Both the position numbers and the translations under genes were made by a program. Source: an uncultured Phycisphaeraceae bacterium (GTDB lineage Bacteria; Planctomycetota; Phycisphaerae; UBA1845). Taken from it: a stretch of 63,037 nucleotides of DNA. The DNA is taken from NCBI GenBank assembly GCA_964648365.1, contig CAZYLK010000008.1, positions 1 to 63,037 of the forward strand, written 5' to 3'. Shown here piece by piece: positions 57,728 to 63,037 of this stretch. Below the pieces are notes generated by a model. It did not search any database. It was not told where the DNA came from and saw nothing but the letters and a program-made list of their open reading frames with translations. The number at the start of each line of letters is the position of its first letter. The first letter of the stretch is position 1.

Positions 57728-58015
57728 ACGATCCCTGCTCTTCTTCGCGCCAGCGCCGGCATCGCGCGCAGTTCAGCCGCGTGCGATGTGATCAGTTGCG
57801 ATTTACCGCCGTGAGTGCCGTTCCCCTGTAGATTTCACGCAGCCAAATCGAACGACGACGATCCGGAAGAAAAACGATCTATGATACCCGGAGTCTCTAT
57901 AGAGATTATCGTCCTGACGACCCCCGCCGTCAAGACCAAAGCGCCGCGAGACCCTGCCACCCCGCATTCCCTGACAAACTCTTACAGCACGACCACCAGC
58001 GACCGAGCGCCAGTG

Positions 58016-59854
58016 TCACTGCATTTTTTCCAGCTTGGACAGACGCTCCTTAAACGGCGCCGCCGCAGGGGTCGCCTCGCGGCCGGCGATCGCGTTCCGA
58101 TAATTCGCGATCACGTCCTTGAGGTGCTGCCGCTCCCCGAAGAGCACCAGCAGGTACGCCGTGCCGGCGTACTCGGCGACCACGGTCCAGTTTCGGCCGA
58201 GTTTGCCGTGGGACCGCTGAAAGATCTGCCCAGCCGAGCGTGCCAGTCCCAGCCCGGCCGTCCTGGCCTGCTCAGCCAGGGCGCGGCGGGCCTCCGCCGT
58301 CGCGTCGGATGCGCCGAGGGCAGGAGCGGCCGACGCCAGCAACTCCGCATTGGCCGTTTCGTGCTGGTACTGCTGGTAGTGCTGCCAGGCCGCAGCCGTT
58401 TCCGCGGCGGCCTGCTCCGTGGCGATGTGTGCGCCGATCCACGAATCGTCCTTGACGATCGAGACGGATGACACCGCTTCCGCCTCGGTAGTGACACTTC
58501 GAGATGCCTCCGCCGCGTCGCGGACGGCGGCATCGGCCGAGGACTCGGCCGTACGGTAAGCGCCCGCGGCCTGTGTGAACTTGCGGATCGCCTCGCCTTC
58601 GATGCGACCCGCCTCGTCCGAGGCGCGGATCAGCTCCTCAATCGCAGCGGTACCGGCAGCCCGGTCGGACTGAATCGAACTTGCGGCCGTCGTCTGCTGT
58701 TGTTGATAAGTCGCCAGAATGCCTTTGAGGCGGCCGATTCGCTCCTGGTAGCGCGACACGGCCTCATCGGCTGACGCGACAGCGGCCGCAACCCGTTCGC
58801 GTTCGGCGCGATAGTGCGAAAGACCGGGCGCAGCGGTCAGATTCTCGCTGCGGCCATTCTCCTGATAAGCGCCGCGGAGATAGTCGCCGGACGCATCAAT
58901 CGTCGCGTTGGGCAACGTTCCGTGATTGATCGCGTGAATGCGGCTCAGCGCCCGGCGGTACGTCTCGGCCGCGGCGGAATAGTCACGATCGTACATCGCG
59001 TAGCCGTCCTGGCGGGACAGATCCATGCCTTTGCGTGACATCTCCTCCATCCGGGCACGGGCCGCATCCGCCTCAGCCGTCGCGGCTGCCAGCTCGCCTT
59101 CGAGCCGCGCGATGTTCGTCTCCAGCCCTGCGAGTTCCCGCTTGACTTCACCGGCCGCGGCCTGGTGCGTCGCGAGCTGGGACTCCATCGAGGTCAGTTC
59201 CTCGTTGATCCCGCTGTTGGACACCAGCGTCGTCCGCGGCTGCACGGCTGCGACCGCGGCCGCGGCGGCAGCCACGCGATCCCGCGCGGCGAGCGCTTCG
59301 ACGCGTGCGGCCGCGGACTTCCGCGCCAGTGACTGGCCCTGGAAATAGAGAATGGCGCCCTTGAGACGATTGGCGGGCGCATGCTCCGGCGCCAGCGAGA
59401 TCGCCGCGCTCACGGCGGTCAGTGCGTCGGCCAGGAGCCGGTCGTTTTCCGCTACGAGCGCCGCTAGACTGCCGGCGCCGTCACGGAGTTGTTTGTCGAT
59501 GGGACCGGTGGGTCGGCGGCTGCGGTCCAGGCCGAAGGCATCGACCGTGGCATCCACCTCGTCCTGATAAAGCGTCGCGAATGCTTCGTCCCGCGCTTTC
59601 TCGACCGCCTGCTCCGCGCCGGTGGCAGCACCCGCGGTCAGGCTGGCGACACGCTCCACGCCAGCGTTGTAGAGCGACAACAGGCGCCGCGCCTCCTCAA
59701 CCTTGCGCGAGGCTTCCTCGTGATTGGTGCGGGCGGAATTCTGGAGCGCGGGAGCGAACAGATACCCCGCCCCGCCCACGACCAGACAGACCACCAACGC
59801 GAAACCGGCAACTCCTTGGTTCTTCACGGGCTGCTCCGAAAACTCCCCCGGCAA
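58016..59854 (-). CDS. Membrane-anchored coiled-coil protein, hypothetical
   Basis: 612 aa with one TM helix (GFALVVCLVVGGAGYLF) and then Ala/Glu/Arg-rich heptad-like sequence throughout. TTG start; the start is uncertain. Confidence 0.6.
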   Translation of the reverse strand: MPGEFSEQPVKNQGVAGFALVVCLVVGGAGYLFAPALQNSARTNHEEASRKVEEARRLLSLYNAGVERVASLTAGAATGAEQAVEKARDEAFATLYQDEVDATVDAFGLDRSRRPTGPIDKQLRDGAGSLAALVAENDRLLADALTAVSAAISLAPEHAPANRLKGAILYFQGQSLARKSAAARVEALAARDRVAAAAAAVAAVQPRTTLVSNSGINEELTSMESQLATHQAAAGEVKRELAGLETNIARLEGELAAATAEADAARARMEEMSRKGMDLSRQDGYAMYDRDYSAAAETYRRALSRIHAINHGTLPNATIDASGDYLRGAYQENGRSENLTAAPGLSHYRAERERVAAAVASADEAVSRYQERIGRLKGILATYQQQQTTAASSIQSDRAAGTAAIEELIRASDEAGRIEGEAIRKFTQAAGAYRTAESSADAAVRDAAEASRSVTTEAEAVSSVSIVKDDSWIGAHIATEQAAAETAAAWQHYQQYQHETANAELLASAAPALGASDATAEARRALAEQARTAGLGLARSAGQIFQRSHGKLGRNWTVVAEYAGTAYLLVLFGERQHLKDVIANYRNAIAGREATPAAAPFKERLSKLEKMQ

Positions 59855-59975
59855 GCGATTTACCGCGACCGGGCGTACCGCGGCCGGTCGGAAGCCGGGA
59901 GTCTAGAACCTCACCCCCCGGACGTCCAGCCCCGATTTCAGGTTGGCACGACCGCAGGCGGACGCGCGGGTGGGG

Positions 59976-60785
59976 TCAGCAACTGGTGTCTGCTGCCGCG
60001 CCGCACTCCACCACCTCGACCGTGTGGTCGCCCTCGCCGACCGGGCAGAACTTCGCCTTGGCCTTGCCGCGACCGTTGGTTCCGGCGCGGCGTTCGACGT
60101 CTCCGTCCAGGCGGAAGGTGACGGCGCTGTCGGGCGGCCCCTTCTTGAGCTTGGCGACGATCCGCAGGCCGCAGCCGGCGCGAACGCACTTGGCCTTGAC
60201 CTTCGCCTTACCGGGACATTCCTCGCCCGCGGTGAATACCAGATCGTCCGCGACGAAGATCGGAGGGCTGGCGCGACCGCGCTCCTCCAGCACGGCCCGG
60301 GCGATGCCCGCGCCCTGAACGCTGAGTTGCATCCACGTCTCCGCCGCGACCTCGTCGCTGGCGATCAGATTGCCCCCCGCGTCATAGGCATCCAGCGCGA
60401 ACAAGCCCTCGCTCAGCGCGCCGGCGACCCAGATCGACACCTCGAAGGCGGGCGGATCGAAGTTCATGATCGACGGATCGGTCGCCACGCCGCCGCCGGG
60501 ATAGGGCGCGGTGCGGTGGAACGCGAGGAAGTTCTTGCCGCTGTGCGGCTGGATGTTGAAGTTCCCACACGTGTCGAGGATGGCGGGCCCATCCAGCGGG
60601 CTGCGACCCTCGAAGGTCACGCCGAGTTCGGCATACCGATCGCGCAGGGGCAGCGTCTGGATGAAGGCGCACGGCTCGACACGGTCATCGAAGTTGATCT
60701 CGACCGGTTGCGCCCGAAGCGCGGACGGCGCCCCTGCCAGCGCGACGAGAAGAACGGTCCAACGGTGCGACGTGCGTAGGCTCAT
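59976..60785 (-). CDS. Secreted hypothetical protein with a C-terminal Cys-bounded module
   Basis: GGGGAG lies 7 nt before the ATG at 60785. Signal peptide MSLRTSHRWTVLLVALAGAPSALRAQ. C-terminal 81 aa resemble the tails of the WD40, FG-GAP and Kelch proteins. Confidence 0.6.
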   Translation of the reverse strand: MSLRTSHRWTVLLVALAGAPSALRAQPVEINFDDRVEPCAFIQTLPLRDRYAELGVTFEGRSPLDGPAILDTCGNFNIQPHSGKNFLAFHRTAPYPGGGVATDPSIMNFDPPAFEVSIWVAGALSEGLFALDAYDAGGNLIASDEVAAETWMQLSVQGAGIARAVLEERGRASPPIFVADDLVFTAGEECPGKAKVKAKCVRAGCGLRIVAKLKKGPPDSAVTFRLDGDVERRAGTNGRGKAKAKFCPVGEGDHTVEVVECGAAADTSC

Positions 60786-60932
60786 GCTCAACTCCCCAAC
60801 TTGGCGCAGAACTCATCTGAATCCAGGCTCGCGAACCCATTCTAGAGAATTCGGCAGTCGATTTGAAGCCGACGCATCGGGATTCGCCCGCGGCTTGACC
60901 CCGCACGGCCCCCCTCTGACCATGCAGCGACC

Positions 60933-62135
60933 ATGAGGATATGTCATGTCATCACGCGGCTGATCATCGGCGGAGCGCAGGAAAACACCGTGCTCACCTG
61001 CCGCGGGCTGGTTGAGCGGAACCATGATGTCCTCCTGGCGGCCGGGGCTGAGACCGGGCCGGAAGGCTCGCTGTGGCCGCAGGCCCACGCTTCCGGGGCC
61101 GAACTGGTCCAACTCGAGCACATGCAACGGGCGGTGGAGCTATCCGAGGACCGGAAAGCCGTCGGTGAACTGGTGGAGCTGTTCCGCGACTGGGCGCCGG
61201 ACGTTGTGCATACGCACAGCAGCAAGGCGGGGATCATCGGTCGCAAGGCCGCCGCCCGCGCCGGGGTGCCGATCGTCGTTCACACCATCCACGGCATGAG
61301 CTTCAACCGAACTCAGCCGGCGCCGGTGCGGTGGCTCTACCGTGCCCTGGAGAAGGTGGCGGCGCGGCGCACGCACCGGATCGTCTGTGTCGCCGACGCG
61401 ATGACCAACCAGGCGCTGGCCGCGCGCCTGGCGCCGAAGGACCGCTTCGTCACCATCCGGTCGGGCATGGATACCGACCAGTTCCGCCCCGACCCGCACA
61501 TGCGCGCCCAGGTACGAACCGGCTGGGGCGTGGGCGAATCCGGGCTTGTCATCGGCACGGTCGCACGGCTCTTCGACAACAAGGGTTACGACGAGATCAT
61601 CCAGGCGATGCCTGCGATCGTGCGGGCGGCGCCAAGGGCGAAGTTCATCTGGATCGGCCACGGCCCCCACCGCGAGCGGTACGCGAAGCGGCTTGACAAG
61701 CTGGGCTTGCGCGACCGGGTGACGTTCGTGGGCCTGGTGCCGCCGGACGAGGTGGCCCGGTTGATCAACAGCTTCGACATCCTGTTGCACGCATCCCGCT
61801 GGGAGGGCTTGCCGCGCGCGGTAGTGCAGGCGCTGCTCACGGAGGTGCCGGTCGTCAGCTTCGACAACGACGGCGCCTCTGAGGTCGTGATCAACGACGA
61901 AACGGGGGTCTGCGTTCCCTACGGCGACGTCGCGCGGCTGGCGGAGGGAGTCGCCCTGCTGGCGTCGGACCCCAAGCGGCGGGCGGAACTCGGTCGAAAC
62001 GGCCGTGAGCGATGCCTGAGCGACTTCGACTGGCGGACGATGGTGGATCGGCTGGATGCGCTCTACGCGAAGTTGGCGGTCGAGCGCGGGCTGGCGGAAC
62101 CAGTCGATGACGAGTGCGAGGAACCGGAGGAATAG
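60933..62135 (+). CDS. Glycosyltransferase family 4 (GT-B)
   Basis: MRICHVITRLIIGGAQE N-terminus and the C-terminal EGLPRAVVQALLTEVPVVS (E-x7-E) motif. Confidence 0.85.
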   Translation: MRICHVITRLIIGGAQENTVLTCRGLVERNHDVLLAAGAETGPEGSLWPQAHASGAELVQLEHMQRAVELSEDRKAVGELVELFRDWAPDVVHTHSSKAGIIGRKAAARAGVPIVVHTIHGMSFNRTQPAPVRWLYRALEKVAARRTHRIVCVADAMTNQALAARLAPKDRFVTIRSGMDTDQFRPDPHMRAQVRTGWGVGESGLVIGTVARLFDNKGYDEIIQAMPAIVRAAPRAKFIWIGHGPHRERYAKRLDKLGLRDRVTFVGLVPPDEVARLINSFDILLHASRWEGLPRAVVQALLTEVPVVSFDNDGASEVVINDETGVCVPYGDVARLAEGVALLASDPKRRAELGRNGRERCLSDFDWRTMVDRLDALYAKLAVERGLAEPVDDECEEPEE

Positions 62136-62205
62136 CCGACGGAGGGATTCGAACCCTCAACCCCGGCTTTACGAAAGCCGTGCTCTACCGTTGAGCTACG
62201 TCGGC
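62134..62205 (-). tRNA. tRNA-Thr (anticodon CGU)
   Basis: Reverse complement GCCGACGTAGCTCAACGGTAGAGCACGGCTTTCGTAAAGCCGGGGTTGAGGGTTCGAATCCCTCCGTCGGCT folds as a cloverleaf. Acceptor GCCGACG/CGTCGGC, D stem GCTC/GAGC, anticodon stem CGGCT/AGCCG with loop TTCGTAA, and T arm GAGGG-TTCGAAT-CCCTC. No encoded CCA. Confidence 0.9.
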
Positions 62206-62424
62206 GGGCTGTCACGTCCGGGAGATATTCCAGCCTGGCGCGGAGACTGTCAACGGGACACGCTCGCGCCCCGCCGCACACCGATCCCCGGCACATGCCC
62301 GGATCCGCCAGGCTCCGGCCTGCCCTCCGACGGAGGCAGGCTGTGCTTCGTGCAGACGGGAGGCAGACCCGCGAGCCTGCGTATGGCAGCGGGCGCTCAA
62401 CTTTTCGCCATAGGGCGTGCGGGC

Positions 62425-62826
62425 TCAGTCTTCCAGCAGGCGATTCGCCTCGCCGATGAGCTTGTCCATCCGGAAGGGCTTGTTGATGTAGGCATCCACG
62501 CCGAGGCTCTCGGCCCAGGTCTGGTGCCGGCGGCCCTGGTTGCCGGTGATCATGATGATCCGCGGCCGGTCGCCCTTTTTCTTGCCCTTGCGCAGCGCCT
62601 CGAGCACCAGAAACCCGCTGCGTTTCGGCAGCATGGCATCCAGGATGATCAGGTCCGGATCGAGCTTGCCCGCCTCGTCAATGGCGGAATCGCCATCGCC
62701 GACGGTGACCACCTCCGCGCCCGCGTCGCCCAGCACGGCCTTGATCGCCGCGATGATGTCCGGATCGTCATCGACAACGAGAATCGTTTTTCCGTCTATG
62801 GCAGTCGTCAAGGTGCAAGCTCCCAA
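62425..62826 (-). CDS. Single-domain response regulator (CheY-like receiver)
   Basis: KTILVVDDDPD, LIILDAMLP (phospho-acceptor Asp), IIMITG and the AYINKPF Lys. TTG start; the start is uncertain. Confidence 0.85.
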   Translation of the reverse strand: MGACTLTTAIDGKTILVVDDDPDIIAAIKAVLGDAGAEVVTVGDGDSAIDEAGKLDPDLIILDAMLPKRSGFLVLEALRKGKKKGDRPRIIMITGNQGRRHQTWAESLGVDAYINKPFRMDKLIGEANRLLED

Positions 62827-63037
62827 CGGCGCAGCGGCCCGCGGCTGCGAGCCGGCCGTCAGGAATCATATCTGGCCGGCGCCGGCCGTTCAACATGGGT
62901 TGGCCCGGTCGATCCGTCGCGGCCAGTCGCGGCTACGTGGCAGGATCGGCGGGTGGCACGTAGCGCGAGTTGGCACGCCGCACGGGTGGCACGCAACGCC
63001 GTTCACTATGCGGCTGTCTTTTCTTCACGAATCGCCT

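Noticed and set aside
62938-62990. GTGGCACG repeats here, and TGGCACGGGC... in the family-A REPs, as sigma-54 (-24/-12) promoters.
   Set aside because: No copy has the required TGGCAC-N5-TTGC spacing (for example, the 40797 copy has 6 nt between TGGCACG and TTGC where the consensus has 4). In addition, the cluster at 62938 is on the wrong strand for the adjacent response-regulator gene.
62134-63037. An integrative element or genomic island anchored at tRNA-Thr.
   Set aside because: There is no integrase, no direct repeat of the tRNA 3' end, and the neighbours are ordinary (GT4 glycosyltransferase, response regulator). The window ends soon after, so a distal island cannot be excluded.

Overview
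Very GC-rich (about two-thirds G+C by eye) bacterial chromosomal segment. I count roughly 47 credible protein genes and one tRNA-Thr(CGU). I saw no rRNA, CRISPR array, transposase or integrase. The protein styles suggest Planctomycetota (Phycisphaerae-like), but this is inference only. Those styles are signal-peptide WD40/PQQ/FG-GAP/Kelch beta-propellers, dockerin-like tails, CxxC...CPECG zinc-ribbon membrane proteins and a sigma-70 with a long N-terminus. Gene order: nrdR (partial), MBL-hydrolase + MazG pair, M32 carboxypeptidase, comF, RND efflux pair, AAA-ATPase + DUF4276 pair, NfeD-flotillin operon with zinc-ribbon membrane proteins, hybrid sensor kinase, MddA-like methyltransferase, amidohydrolase, SNF2 helicase, lexA, ABC-ATPase/GNAT fusion, secreted WD40 protein, phosphomannomutase, VOC protein, AMMECR1, aroK, aroD-aroE fusion, nadE, EEP hydrolase, beta-lactamase-family hydrolase, PQQ/FG-GAP/Kelch propellers, neuC-neuB-neuA, sigma-70, coiled-coil protein, GT4, tRNA-Thr, response regulator. 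Many long ORFs in the supplied track are antisense shadow ORFs typical of high-GC DNA and were not called. Start codons were re-assigned where the track ORF ran far upstream of the conserved N-terminus. The best candidates for something new are: (1) the translationally coupled AAA_21-type ATPase + DUF4276 module at 10868-12662, with a split-OLD/PARIS-like architecture; (2) an ABC-ATPase/GNAT fusion at 31684-33369 behind an AT-rich promoter with a perfect palindromic operator, divergent from lexA; (3) an ~80-aa Cys-bounded C-terminal module shared by four otherwise unrelated secreted proteins; (4) several families of small repeats, including REP-like hairpins inserted in frame into nadE and neuC, octamer/heptamer arrays at gene borders, and a 4 x 25-bp array between lexA and the SNF2 helicase. 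All functional calls rest on motifs read by eye. No database search was run.
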